A stretch of DNA of 64,000 nt from Macrostomum lignano (Eukaryota), in the NCBI GenBank assembly GCA_002269645.1, contig NIVC01001476.1, forward strand, positions 1-64,000, written 5' to 3'. Of this stretch, positions 21,128-34,669 are shown one piece after another. A program made the translations under genes and the position numbers. Numbering within the stretch: the stretch's first letter is position 1; each line of letters opens with the position of its first letter. Below the pieces are notes generated by a model. It did not search any database, was not told the DNA's origin, and worked only from the letters and a program-made list of their open reading frames with translations.

Positions 21128-21603
21128 AATTCATTACCCATATAGATTTTAAGCTAATGATTAAATAAAATAAAGCAGTTAATCATTACAATCCACACAT
21201 TGCAAAATTGCCATTAAAACGAATTGGAAAACAAAACACCCCCCTAACTTTTGTTATCTCAATATTGTTTGCTGCAACACATGCTTTTAGATAAAAATAC
21301 CATTTTTAGTTAGATAAATTAATGTAAAATCTAGCAAAACAAACGTATTCGTAATCGTTTAGCAAACTCAAGTCTAGCAAAGCAAAGCAAACTCAAGGAA
21401 AATAAGGTAAAACGTTTATTTAAGTAGCAGTAACTTCTTAGAAACTATTGATAAAACAGAATTTCTTTAAAAAAGTATATCCTTAAACAAATCTAACTGT
21501 TATGTTTTAGCATGTAAAACTAAATATTTTTATATTTCTAAAGTGACGTAAAATTTTGAGTTTAGAATATACACGATGAAAACACAACAGAATGTTTAAT
21601 TTT

Positions 21604-22001
21604 CGAAGAGCTTGCGTGCACGGTGCCAGCCGTTCACGTAAGCTCAGAATTGCGTGCACGGCGGCTATCTACCTAGTGCTTTTTTTGCATGTATGCAGCC
21701 GTACACCTAGTGTTGTAATTGCGTGCACGGCAGCCGGCAATTGGCCGGGACTGGGGCCCTTAAATCCACGCATTGGCATTGGCAAACCTAATTAAAAAAT
21801 ATTTTTACTATATTGTTTTATAATGTTTTATCCCCCGTACACCATGGACTGCAAATGTAATCTTAATTCATTGTTTTTTTTGTTAACTTGAATATTAATT
21901 CGAATAGTATATGACTTACTGTATAAGCCTATAAGATATAGCTCTGCCGTGCACGCAATTCTGAGCTTACGTGAACGGCGGCCGTGCACGCAAGCTCTTC
22001 G
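21604..22001. mobile_element. MITE with ~60-bp TIRs and 9-bp TSD (Mutator-like)
   Basis: CGAAGAGCTTGCGTGCACGG.../...CCGTGCACGCAAGCTCTTCG, flanked by tttaatttt on both sides. Confidence 0.85.
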
Positions 22002-22169
22002 TTTAATTTTTGCAAATTAAAGGTTGAAAATTATCTTTCTCGTCCGCAATCATGAAATAAGCAAATTAGCATATTCTTGTGTTAAATAAAAGGTTTGCTT
22101 TTTTAAGATTTATTTTGGTTTCTATTATTGCTATCTATACTATTATATTGCTGTTATTATTGTAATATT

Positions 22170-22559
22170 GAGCCTCTTCATATCGCTGGTTTGAAAAACG
22201 GAACCAGTTCCGAACCGGTTCGACGCTCTTCATATCGATGGTTCGAAAAACAGAATCAGTTCCGGAACATGGTTCTGGTTCTAAAATATGGTTCGAGAAA
22301 TTTTCTCGAACCGTTGTCATGTTTACACTTTGACTTTACCAGTAAAATATATTTGAAATCGTCAATTTTTATTATTGTTATATAATATAATTATTCCTTT
22401 TTTGTCATATCCAAGAGGAAACAAAGTAAAAAAACGACAAAATTAAATTGTAAAGACTGTCAAACATAAAATGGGTTCGAAGCTCCTCATTTCACACTGG
22501 TTCTGGTTCTAGAACTCGAATTTATTCTGGTTCTAGAACCAATTGCCGTGAAGAGGCTC
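22170..22559. mobile_element. MITE with GAGCCTCTTCA TIR; related ends and internal sequence recur at ~45260-46400
   Basis: GAGCCTCTTCA...TGAAGAGGCTC; possible 3-bp TSD att. Confidence 0.65.
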
Positions 22560-22902
22560 ATTGTTATTACCATTAATAATAAACCCAGACCACAAAATAA
22601 CAATTTTTTTTCGCTTTTCTGAACTAGCTTACATTTTTTTACTTTAGATTCTTGTTTTTCATTTCATTTTATTTTAAAGACCTACATTATTAAGATTATT
22701 TTAATGTTCCTAAGCATTTTAAATTAGATAAATGAATTTAATTTTAACATTTTACTTTAATTCTATTGGTTTTTTATATTTATAATATTATATCCTGCTA
22801 ATGGCTTTTCTTTGGCCTATATTAGTAACAGTATGGTTTCAATTTTCAGTATTTATTCATGGCATAAAACAATTACAACTAGAAACCATTATTAGGTGCA
22901 TG

Positions 22903-23960
22903 CCATAGTCTGGATCGTGCTGGCTGCATGCCCGAAAAAAATTTTCTAGGCCATAATGCACGCCAAAAAAAATAGTTTTGCACGCCAAAAAATTGGCTCG
23001 TCTAGGCCATAATGCACGCAAAAAAAATAGATTTGCATGCCAAAAAAATTGCATTGAGAAAAAAGTGTCAAGCCTGTCAAAAGCTGCCGATGTACAGACA
23101 GCGGGAGAGCCCTTGCTTCCGCTTGTCCACGGCCTTGCTGACATCGTAGCGTGTTGCCCGCGCATAAAAAAAAATGGCGTACGATGTTTGTGCAGCCGCC
23201 TGTCGGCGTCACCGCTGTAATAAAGCTGCGCACACTCGTCTAGGAAGCGCTCACACGATTGGCTTCCTAAAGGTGGCAGCATCCACTGCAGCTTCGTCCT
23301 GAGCTGAAGTGTGTTGTTGCTCTGACCACCCTGCTGCTGCTGGGAACGCATAGTGGAGTAAAATGACTCCACTAAGGCTTCTAAAAGGTTAGATAAAATT
23401 GCATTTCTGTTATTGGATACAGAAAAAATGTATAAAATAAAAGAAAATTTACCAGAACCACCACGACACAGTGCGAAGTCCAGCAGTGCGCAAGCTTTCT
23501 GCCCAGCCAGATTGAAGACGCGTGGGTCGTTATAAAACGACCGGTAGATGGCGCATTCATCTACTGTGGTGACAAAACGATTGCCATCTTGTGTTTCAAC
23601 TGCCAGGTGCAGAGCCAGATCTGCTAGATGTTGCGATGGGGCGCGCTTCAAAGTAAAGTAAGGCAAAGAATGTTGTTTGTTTAAGTTGATTACAAAGTCT
23701 ACAAAAACAACAATTTGAATTATGATGAAAAAAGTAAGCGTATGTGCATTTAAAGTTGGAAAATTTTTAAGAATTATATTGATGAATGCAATATATGCCA
23801 ATGCACGCCAACTTTTAGTGTGTGTGCCATTGCACGCCAACTATGCACGCCAACTTTTAGTGTGTGTGCCATTGCACGCCAACTATGCATGCCAACTTTG
23901 GCGTGCAAAGCAAATGCACGCCCGAATTTTCGGGCATATACTACATGATCCGGACTATGG
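22903..23960 (-). mobile_element. Non-autonomous hAT-like DNA transposon carrying an intron-containing transposase-like 3' fragment
   Basis: 17-bp TIR CCATAGTCYGGATCRTG; perfect 8-bp TSD GGTGCATG; coding piece GGS|EALVESFYSTMR joined across a 72-nt GT-AG intron (23452-23381). Confidence 0.8.
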
Positions 23961-24259
23961 GGTGCATGACTAAGACTGCCATACACCAAGACCACCACAG
24001 CTATTACTGGCTAGGCCCTACTGGTATTGTCATTGAGAAGAGCTACCAATCTTTTAGCATTGCTATTCCTCTCATAGGTTCTTTTCTCGCAGCCTTGTCT
24101 TGCTGGCTCTCCTACCTACTTATCTTCTCTTTAACACCATCTAATAATCACATTGAGCCAAATTTCTCCCCTAGCTCTCCCAAGTGTGATGGTCTTGGTC
24201 AAGGGCATAGGGAGGGAGAGATAGGGGGGATGTATCTTTCTCCCAAAGAGCGTAACCAA

Positions 24260-25047
24260 AGGCTCATTCCATATAAGCATGGTCGTAACATGACAGGTTA
24301 TTTTTACTTATAAAATGAAATCTAATAATAGAATATACTAAACCAATATTTTAAATGAAAGATTATTTTGTCTAGAATATATTTATAGAGTTTCATATAG
24401 ATATCATCATTAGTATAAATGCTATTAAACCTTAAATGACATTTATGGTCGTAACGACAGGATTTTTGACATATAGAAACTAAAAGGTAAAAGTCTTATA
24501 ACATTTTTCATTTTTGATATTTTGCAATACATTTTTAAAATTTGACTAAGAACATCTTTAGAAATCATACTCTTTTATTAGAATATATAAACTCAAAAGG
24601 CAACAAAGATACAAAAGAAAAGGCAGCCTTATGGTCGTAACATTATGGTCGTAACATATTTTTTTCTGTCAATTCAGTAACTTTGAGGTACTAATACATT
24701 AAAAATATAATAGATTATTTGGTCACCAATGCTTTTATCTGATGATGCAAGTACTATACTTTTATCTATAGTTTGTTTCAACCTTCAAAAGCTTTCTATT
24801 TGTTTTTAAAAGGTACAAAATCTTAATGATGTCTTTTGCTTCGAAAAATGTCCAAATTTTTACAAAAATGACTTTTTGCCAATTGATAACATACTAATCC
24901 AACATTTTACCATTCCTTTATTCTTAGATTGTATATATTGCACAATATAAACATTTGGTAAAAAAATAGGCTAATTAGGCAATGGCAAGCAAAAATATTG
25001 ACTTTTTTCTATTTTCCAAATATGTCCATCTTATATGGAATGAGCCC
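24260..25047. mobile_element. MITE with GGCTCATTCCATATAAG TIR and internal ATGGTCGTAAC repeats
   Basis: 17-bp inverted ends; the motif recurs four times internally. Confidence 0.65.
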
Positions 25048-25636
25048 AAAACTTTTTTGTTGCCCTTTGTTGCTCTACATGCTACCATGTGACTCTGTCA
25101 TAGCACTATCCCCCCTCCCCATAGAAAATTCACCTAGGTGTATCCCCCCATAGTAAATTCTTGGCTATGCCCCTGGTCTTGGTGTGTGGCAGTCTTGGTC
25201 CTACATCTATATTAAGAATTCTCCTTATTTCTCTTGACTCTTGCAAGAAAGTTGTAAGAATTTATAGGGAATTTACAAGCTATAAATATAGATATGGATA
25301 ATAATAATCCATGGATATAGATAGCTATAGTAAAAAAATAAGATATGGCTATAGATATAGATATCAGAAAAAGGGCATATCAACTTAAGTTCATAAAGTG
25401 AAGCCCAAGTAACCTATGCACACATATGTCATTCTGCTCATAGTGACACAAAGAAGCTAAATGTAGCAAAAAAAGTGACAAAAATTGGACTTGGGATATG
25501 GGATAATAACTAAGGACATAATTAGGGACCACCATTTCCCATTTCATTTATATAGTCAATAGACCATGGCATAATATTAATTTCATTGGTGTTTAGCACA
25601 CTTACTAATAAATCTTTAATACTTTCCAGTTGAGCA

Positions 25637-26987
25637 ATGGGCAAAACACTTAAACTGGTTGCTTGTGGCAGCAAGGGTTGTGGCAAGACATCAATCCTTG
25701 AACAGTTAATTTATTGCAACTATTCAAATTCGACGTCTTCAAAGGTGAGTTAAAAAGCTTTTATTAATAATTTCTACTTATTTCATTTATTGTTGTCCTT
25801 ATCAAATTGCACAGCAAAAATTTGCTTTGTATCTTTGTTGTTTTCTTTTCAGCCACAATTCCCTCATACTATTGAAGATACCTATGTTGCTCACATTGAG
25901 TCAGAGCGAGGCGTCAAGGAGAAAGTTCGCTTTTATGAGATCGGTGGCTCATCAGTGAGTTTTGAATTGCATTTGAGCAAGCCATCTATCTTTGTGAATA
26001 GTGCAGTTAAACTGATTGTTCAAATAAGCCTCTTTCATTTTTTAGGACATCAAGTCAGTCAGCATACCTAAGCACTTTGTTGTTGGAGCAGATGTAAGTA
26101 CAAGGTCTAGCATAGCACTTTTATGTACCAGTGGCCCAGGCTCGATTCCAAGTGCAGTCAAATTAATCTGGGGTTAAATTGAAATCTCGCTCGTCCATTA
26201 AAGCCCTTGAGGGCCAATCCCCAAGGCACAGTGAAGTGTACATGGCTGACGATGAGTAATCTCAAGCTAGTGCCGCTGTACACCCCTGTGTGAGTGTGTA
26301 CCTGTGCGTATGACTGCGTACGTATGGGCAGTAATGCCTCTCGCTGATTGTGTGACAATGTCGCTTTAAGTGCGCCAGGGTGCGCAAAACCCGTTGCCAA
26401 GAACAAAGCAAAGTAAGTTTGTTGCAGGCAAGTTACCAATAATTTACCTTTCCTTGCGCAGGCATTCGTGCTAGTGTACGACACCACAGACCTCGGCTCC
26501 CTTTCATACCTGGACGCTGTGAAACGCGAAATTGAGAAGAATAAAGATCGCAAAGATGTGTTATTGTTTCTGTTGCTTGGCAACAAAAAAGATCTGGACG
26601 CTAGTAGTCGGACCAGTGAACTGGCGGCCAAGTTTGTCAACAAGGAGAGAAGTGGGTACTCATATCAGTAGTCTAGCATGATTTTTATTTTAATGTAGTC
26701 ATGCAGTTTCGATTATTTTTGTGGCTTGTGTATGACAATTGGCCTAGGCTTGTCGTGCGATTCTCGCGCATTAGGGCCAACCCCCACCTCCCCCTTTCGC
26801 CATGATGTACCATACATATACTATACATGATATACTCATTGATTTAACCTTTGCAGTATTCCGGCACTTCACAGTCACCGTTCAGGATCGCCAATCATTA
26901 ATCGATGCATTCGTTGCCATAACAACTAAGATTACTACGCCGCCAAGTAAATCGGGATTTCCATTCGTCAAGAAAGATCCTAAATGA
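25637..26987 (+). CDS. NKIRAS: NF-kappaB inhibitor-interacting Ras-like protein (kappaB-Ras)
   Basis: Exons 25637-25744, 25853-25954, 26046-26093, 26462-26651 and 26857-26987, all GT-AG. Motifs CGKTSILEQL, IEDTY..IESERGVKEKVRFY, LGNKKDL and QSLIDAF..PPSKSGFP. Confidence 0.93.
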
Positions 26988-27689
26988 TTGATCAAAAAAG
27001 CATTATTTGATTTATCAAGACACGTTCAACTGAGTAGTGTTTCTAGTACATGCATACTGAGTATTGTTTTGGCAATTAATTAGTAATCGCGAAGATATGC
27101 AAACTGTTTTGAAGCAGCCTAATTTTCACGGTCTTTCACTGCATACATCCTACAGTAAGTGTAATATTATCCAATCCTATCATTGTAATTGCCTATGCTA
27201 ATGCTTCTTCCCGACCGTAACTGTTATTACCGAATCACTTTTAATGCAGCTTTAAACTTGAAATATAATGGACTCGCATGCCTTGGCTTAAGTGTCATCT
27301 GCACATTTGCACCACCCCTACTAAGCGGAACAGGGTCCAAATTCAGGATGTACGTATATTCATTATGTTGTTCTTATATTCCAGATAGGTACATGTATTA
27401 TGTTAACAAATGGGTATGCTAGACTATGGTTATGATCCAATCTAGCTCTTTTGGCGTTGGCGTTGTAAGTTAAGTAGAGTTGGCCGTAGTTAGTAACGTG
27501 ATATCAGAGCGGCAATGATTATAGAATACCATCGTTGTACATGTATGTCCTCACCCGGCACCTGTGGGATGATCCTGCTCTAATGGGATCGGGGAAAATG
27601 AAAGTTTTTCGTTCTTAAATTAACAGATGAGAGTCTGATTTGTAGCCTAGATTCTTGATTGGGAACCTAGGGGACGCATCGCGGGGTCG

Positions 27690-27930
27690 CCAGCACCAGC
27701 TGATTATAAGGGGCGCTGACACCAGCTGATAAGGGGCGCTGACACCAGCTGATAAGGGGCGCTGACACCAGCTGATAAGGGGCCGCCAGCACCTGCTGAT
27801 AAGGGGCCGCCAGCACCAGCTGATAAGGGGCGCTGGCACCCATGCAGCTGATAATGGGTCGCAAGCACCAGCTGACAATGGGCGCTGGCACCAGCACCAG
27901 CTGTTAAGGGGCGCTAACACCAGCTGCGCT
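27690..27930. repeat. 23-nt minisatellite (caccagctgataaggggcgctga)
   Basis: Tandem periodicity of 23 nt. Confidence 0.9.
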
Positions 27931-28702
27931 GACAAGGAAGCTACGTGCCTTCTGCACTTCCTCACTGTTCAAATCAAATTTAAAACGGATCTGAACATTG
28001 CAAACATTGATTTGAACTATTGAGCTATTTATAGCGCGGTACCATGAACTGACCATTAGGAGGCGTAGAGATGAGGTACATGTACATCTTCGAATGATTC
28101 TGTACTCACTATTGCCTTCCAATAAAAAAATCGCCGTTTCGATTTTGTGATAATGACTCATCTACACCGTCATTAAGCTGTTAAATCGCACGACACGTAT
28201 ATTTTACCGTTTTTTTTCATACGTTGTAATTTCTCAGTATACATTGGACAAAGCAGATTAAGAGTAACTCTCTAACCCTCAGTTTGGCCACCCCAGGTTG
28301 CCAATGACGCGAAGTGTACAACGGCGCTCAGTATCCATGGGGTTGGGCTCTGCAGAGGCGGGTGTGAATCCATGCAATTGGGGCAGGGAAGTGCATGCGA
28401 GACTCCTGAAGTCGCACGCCTGTACTCGCGTTTCCGTACTTGCAGTCTTACGGCTTCTCTTACCCCCGCGCTCGCGTGCTTCTAAAAATTGTCTGCTCTG
28501 AACTGCAGTGGCTGCACTGTGAGCATATAGGCTGCATAGTAGAAAGTTTTACCCCTGCAACAATTTACCTGGGAAAACACTGCTGTTACTGCTCAGGACA
28601 GAAGGGTGAGACGCTGCGCATCAATAATATGGGAGGCCAAGCCGCTACAACTAAATATTAGTTCCTATATGTGAAAGCCATCGCAGATTGATACCAGAAG
28701 CA

Positions 28703-31700
28703 ATGGGCACGACTGTAGAGGATGTGCTCACCTGTCCTGTGTGCTTGAGTCGCTTCACCGACCCCCGGCTGCTGCCCTGCCAGCACACCTTCTGTCTGCG
28801 GCCCTGTCTGGTGAACATCTACGACGAGTCAGTGCGGTCAATCCGATGCCCGCTGTGCCGCGAGCTCAGCCGGGCTGCCCGAGGCCCGGAGAATTTGCCT
28901 CGGAACCTCACAGTCACGGCACTGCTTGGCGTGCAGCAGCAGCAACGTCAGCAGACGCCTCCGTCGCAGTCGCAAACGAATCGACCTCAAGTAGCTGAAA
29001 GCTCGACTGAGTCACCAGAGTCGGAGGTGGAACTGAGACGTCGTCTAGACGCATCGGCTAGTCGGCTGAGCGCCGCCGTGCCCGCCCTGCTTTCCGAGGC
29101 CGCCCGCCTTCGCTCCGTGGCCGCCGATATCGAGGCCTCCTCGGCCAGACAGAGCGCCCGGCTGGCTGCCTCTGTAGACTCACTCGCCGAGCAGCTGGCG
29201 GAGCGACGAGCGCAGCTGCTAGCCGACATCGCGGCGGCCTCGGCAAGCCGGCTGGAGTCCCTCTACGCCGCGCTGGACTCGCTGGAGGTGGAGGCGGCCA
29301 GCGCCAGCAGCTGCTGCGAGTCGCTGCCGCCGCCCGGAGCGCCAGTGGAAGAACTCCGTCGCCGACTGGACGCTTGCGAAGACGCCGCCAGGAGACTCGC
29401 CGGCGCCGCGGTCGCCGACTGGTCCGAGGTGGCGACCGATGTCGGCGGTTCTGCGGCGGTCGAGTTGCCGGTGAACGCGGAGCCAGTCAGCCGGGCCATC
29501 GCGGCTTTGGGCCGCCAGTCGTCGCTGTCGGGCGGCGGCTACCCGGCGGAGCTGCTGGTGGCCAACAATTATCGGACGCCGTTGAATCCTCAGCGCGCTG
29601 GCAGTCGGCAACAGCAGCCGCAGCGTCAGAGCCGAATTCCCGAGCGTCAAAATCTCTCCGCTTCGGATGACAGCCGAGGCGGCGGCGGCGGCGGTGGCGC
29701 ATTCATAAGTTTTGCTAATCCGGCATTTCGCGGAAATCGACGACCGCCAAGACTGAGCTCCGACAACGCAACGTCTGGCGCGGCCGGCAGTGGCGCAGGC
29801 GAACGGGGAGTCGGAGCTGGAGGCGCAGGGGGTAGGGTTAACGCATCAAGACGAGCAGCGAATGCAGCAATCCGAAGGCAGGAACAACAGCAGCACAATA
29901 ATCAACAGCAACAGCAACAACAGCAGCAACAACAGCAGCAGCAACAACAGCAGCAGCAACAACAGCAGCAGCAACAACAGCAGCAGCAACCGTCAGATGA
30001 TGAGTCGCCTTCCTCGTCGGAACCCCATCAACAGCTGACAATGGTCCAGAGGTCGGGAACTTTTGTTCTGTCGCGCGCGAATCGACCGGTTGCATTTCAG
30101 GTTTGTTTTAGTGATTCGTTTTTTTATTAATATTTGTTTCTTGGAAAATACTGAAACGCGAATTGCCTGGGAGTCTATTCGAATACCCTGTCTGAACTCA
30201 ACTCAGCCTTCATTTAGCTTCGATCCCCAAATCCCCTCTCCAGGTGTCCCTGGACGGCAACGGCGACCCGTCGGACCTATCGGTGTCCGCCGGCGAGGAC
30301 GCCTCCTATTTGGCTCGCAGCGCACCGTGTGGCGTCTTCGGCCTCGGGCCCAGCGCCGAGGTCGGCCAGCTGAGCGCGCCGCGCGGCATCGCGGCCTGTC
30401 CCCGCACCGGCGCCCTGTTCGTGGCCGACTCCAACAATCACCGACTGCAGGCTTTCTCTCTGACTGGTCAGGTTCGGCTGGCGTTCGGGCGGCGCGGCTC
30501 TGGCCCAGGAGAATTCGAGTGCGTCACCGGGGTGGCGGTGGACCCGTCTTCCCGGCGGGTGTTCGCCACGGACCGCTACAATCACAAGGTGCTGGTGTTT
30601 GACTACCAGGTGAGGGTGTCAATTTTTATAGTGTACGTTCTAACTACAGATTCTATTCCATGCCACTCCGTGAAAACCCCGCGGTTCAGACCATAGACTG
30701 TAGCTTCTGCTGCTCTCCAGCATAAGTAGCAGCAACTACGAGGTGTCTGTGGCCCAAACCCCCCCCCCCCTGGGTTTTCGGGGCCTCGGAGACGGCCGCT
30801 AAATACATTAGCAAATGATGGAGTGACTAATCTAGGTAATATAGAATCTGCAGTGGCTCTAACCGCTAGTTGAATGCTTGAATGACCATAGAAACATCGA
30901 TATGTACATGTAGCTGCGGAATTTTGTAGGATTGTTAGTAGCTAGTGTTGCCAATCATAACGAGAAGCGGTAGTTTAAGTATTTAAAAAGATCAGATTTT
31001 GGTAGCTTTTGACGATCGAAATGGGAATTTGGACAATCAAAACGGAACGCCATAGACATTAAAGCCAGGCCACAGATCGCACCTTAGTCATGAACTTAAG
31101 CAGTTTAGCAAAGTCTACTGAGGGAGGCTTGGCCATAGACTATAACTTTGGACATTCAATATGGGAAAAGCCATTGTCATTAATTTTTGCGGGCTTAAGC
31201 GTCCCTTTTCCGGGCGTCAATGTGACAATTCGTGCCTTGAATTGTCTATGGTATTTTCTATTTCAGTAATAGAGCGAAATAGAACAACAGTGTGAAACAG
31301 AGACCAACAAATAACAGCAAAGTTTATGCGCTTATAAGCATGCAAAGAGAGACGATCAGTTAGTTAAATTAAATTAGTCTTTCAGGCCGTGGAAATCGAA
31401 CGTACAATTTTGAAATGTTCCATAGAAATTCACACTGACCGATGGAGCTGGCACAGCCTGCTCAACTTGTCCTTCAGCAAGACGATCTCGAGCAAGGACG
31501 CTCGTCCTTTGTTCGCAGTGTCGAATAGAAGAAACGCAAATAATTAGCCAGAATCGACTTTGGAATTCGCAGCAGATCCGTTGACAGTTTCATTTCTTCC
31601 AGAAAAGTCTTGAAGCGGCTCACATTGTCCTCCATCTGCCGGGCGGAGGAGTCCGGTATTCCATCTCGTTCAAGCTGATTTAACTCTTGCATCACGTCCT

Positions 31701-34504
31701 CCGGAATGTCGAGAATCTTTTCTGATTCTATCTTGCGCGAAAATTCTTCGCTCAGTTCCTCCAAATACCGGCTGTTCGACTCGGATGATACCCACGCCAG
31801 CTCTTCGGTCGACATACCGGAAACCATTTCTCCCGGCAGATTGGAATAATTAATTAAATGGTTGATCATTTTCAGAACTCAAGCACAGCTTAGTCCTGAC
31901 AGATTTGAAAAAATATGCATTTAGCATTTTTCTAGCTCCTTCAGTTTTACTGTCCATCTCTAGACCTGGACCATCAAAACTTCGTCTATGGCCCAGAGCT
32001 CGCAAATCAAAAGAAAGAATGGCCATAGACATTTCAACTGCATTCTATGTAATAACACAGAGCCCGGAATTTTCGACATTGATGCCCGGAAATCTCTTGC
32101 ATTAATGACAATAATAATGTTATGTTAATGTTAACATTAATGTTATATTCAATACGGGAATCGGACTGAGATTTTACAGCTCTCTGTCCCTCTCTCCCCT
32201 GTTTGTTCGTCTTTGGCCTGAAAGCGACCCCATTGAATAGCGCCACCAATTCCTGTAGCAGATCCGCCAGCAGCTGACTGATGCGATTGAACAAGGGTCA
32301 GCCATCGCAGGAGCTGCAAGAATCTTGCAAATCAAGAAAAACAAGCGCATTCCGAATCGCTGCCAACTTTCGACTCGATGACAGAGTGCAGAATCCCTTC
32401 CTCGCGGTGGTCGTAAAGAAGGATTGTGCAAGGCCGATCAGGAAATGAGAGAATTCTTGCTTGAGAAACTCGATGAAAATCCTTTCCTGACGCTGAAGGA
32501 GTTCTGAGTTACTTTTGTTTCGCGTCCGGTAACGGGCACTTTGTTCACTTTTAAATATTCCAGTGGCCTTGAGATTTAGAAAATACATTAAATTGGGCGA
32601 ATTCCCATTTTTATAGTACATTCCACATTCTTTGGTTGTGTATTCCCAAGCCGCCCGATCGAGTCTGTGGCCTGGCTTGAATGTCTATGGCGTCCCTCCC
32701 AAATTCCTATTTAGATCGTCAAAAGCGATACACAGTAGAAAGAATTTGGCTTTGTAAAAATATACAAAAGTGTTGCCTATTCGCTGCATGCATTTCGTAG
32801 CAAGTCAGAAAATGACACAGTCGTTTAAATATACAAAATATTTACACGCTTTGAATTTTCCCATCAGGGGGAGTTCCTTCGCCAGTTCGGCGCTGAGGGC
32901 TCCGGGCCCGGCCAGTTCCGCTATCCATGGGGCGCCGCCGTCCACTCCGGCCACCTGTACGTGGCCGACAAAAAGAACCACCGAGTGCAGGTGTTCGACT
33001 TGGACGGGCAATTTCTGTCCAGCTTCGGAGAGCACGGCCGCTCGGACGGGCAGTTGGACAATCCGCACTTTGTCTGCGTCAGGCCGGACGGAGCGTCTGC
33101 CTTGGTGTTCGTGTCCGACAGCAACAACAATCGGGTGCAGGTGGGGCCTAGAATTCAAATTGGCGCGATTCTAATGTATTTGCCTGCACACAGGCAAGAA
33201 TATTTAGTCTCTTACTAGCAATCTAGTGCTCCCCCTTCAGGGTGCCCAACAAGCAAGCGACGAAAATATATTTATGTGAATCCTATTTGCCTTGACACCT
33301 ACAGCAACTCCCCCAGTAAGCCTTGAAATCTCTGTAGTTCCCCCAGTAAGCCTTGACATCCTTGACATCCTATCACCATTGACACCTGTGTGACCGAATC
33401 TAGATGTATAATTTAGATAATAGGTCCTACATGTATAATCTAGAGATATCCCTGTCCCCAATCAATAGAGATATCCCTGTCCCCCAATCAATAGAGATAT
33501 CCCTGTCCCCCAATCAATAGAGATATCCCTGTCCCCCAATTATTAGAGGTATCCCTGTCCCCAATCAATAGAGATATCCCTGTCCCCCCAATCAATAGAG
33601 ATATCCCTGTCCCCAATCAATAGAGATATCCCTGTCCCCCAATCAATAGAGATATCCCTGTCCCCCAATCAATAGAGATATGGCCCTGTCCCCCAATCAA
33701 TAGAGATATGGCCCTGTCCCCCAATCAATAGAGATATCCCTGTCCCCCAATCAATAGAGATATCCCTGTCCCCCAATCAATAGAGATATCCCTGTCCCCC
33801 AATCAATAGAGATATCCCTGTCCCCCAATCAATAGAGATATCCCTGTCCCCCCAATCAATAGAGATATCCCTGTCCCCAATCAATAGAGATATCCCTGTC
33901 CCCCAATCAATAGAGATATCCCTGTCCCCCAATCAATAGAGATATCATTGTCCTCCAATCAATAGAGATATCCCTGTCCCCCAATCAATAGAGATATCCC
34001 TGTCCCCCCAATCAATAGAGATATCCCTCTCCTACAATCTAGAGATTTCCATATATCCCAGATATATCAACAGTCTTGAGAACCACTGCTAAATCTACAT
34101 GTAGAGGACTATTACATGCATCTAGTGATCTACGACACTATACATTTCAATAATGCTCTCGCAGTCACGGACGCAGAAACTATAAAAACTCGCCATATTT
34201 AACTTATCAGGCCTTCGAAAGTACCGACGGCGGCTTCCGTTTCAAATTCGGCGTTGAAGGCTCCGGCGCGGGTCAGATGCGTCATCCGCGCGGCCTCGCC
34301 TGCGACTCAGCCGGCCGCATCATCGTGGTGGACGCTGGCAACAGCCGGCTGCAGGTTTACCAGCGGGACGGCGCCTTCCTCTGCCACTGGGGCGCCACAG
34401 GGCGCCGGCCCGGCTGTTTTAAAGGCGCCGAAGGAATCGCCGCGCTGCCGGACGGCAGACTGGCGGTCACCGACCGGGACAACAACCGGGTGCAGCTGTT
34501 TTGA
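28703..34504 (+). CDS. nhl-1: RING finger-NHL repeat protein (nhl-1-like TRIM-NHL)
   Basis: Exons 28703-30100, 30244-30609, 32868-33140 and 34211-34504 (phase-0 GT-AG). RING CPVC..LPCQHTFCLRPC..RCPLCR, coiled coil, poly-Q and NHL repeats (GxFxxPxG..VAD..NHRVQ). Confidence 0.88.
29881..29990 (+). repeat. CAG/CAA poly-glutamine tract in nhl-1-like exon 1
   Basis: Mixed (CAG)n/(CAA) run encoding ~30 consecutive Q. Confidence 0.95.
31005..32726 (-). mobile_element. TIR-bounded element with a Crypton/DUF3504-like tyrosine-recombinase N-terminal fragment, in nhl-1 intron 2
   Basis: ~65-75-bp imperfect TIRs (GCTTTTGACGATC...GCCATAGACATT.AAGCCAGGCCACAGA). ORF 31474-31869 FKTFL...ILANYLRFFYSTLRTKD resembles the Crypton SAM-like domain. 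Confidence 0.6.
33444..34030. repeat. 25-27-nt minisatellite (aatcaatagagatatccctgtcccc)
   Basis: Tandem units varying in C-run length. Confidence 0.95.
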
Positions 34505-34669
34505 AATATTCTGTTCCTTTTATCTGTTGTGGTTCTTTTGATTGCATTCCCTATACGGTTGTGCGATGATGAGGCTTTCTTTTTATATACACTGCATGGG
34601 TATCATGAGCTGTGTATTGATTTCACATTGCATGGCATACATGCTTTTCGTGCTCTTTTTCTAGATGTT

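Noticed and set aside
28741-30602. Multiple overlapping and antisense ORFs over the nhl-1-like exons
   Set aside because: Shadow frames of GC-rich coding sequence.
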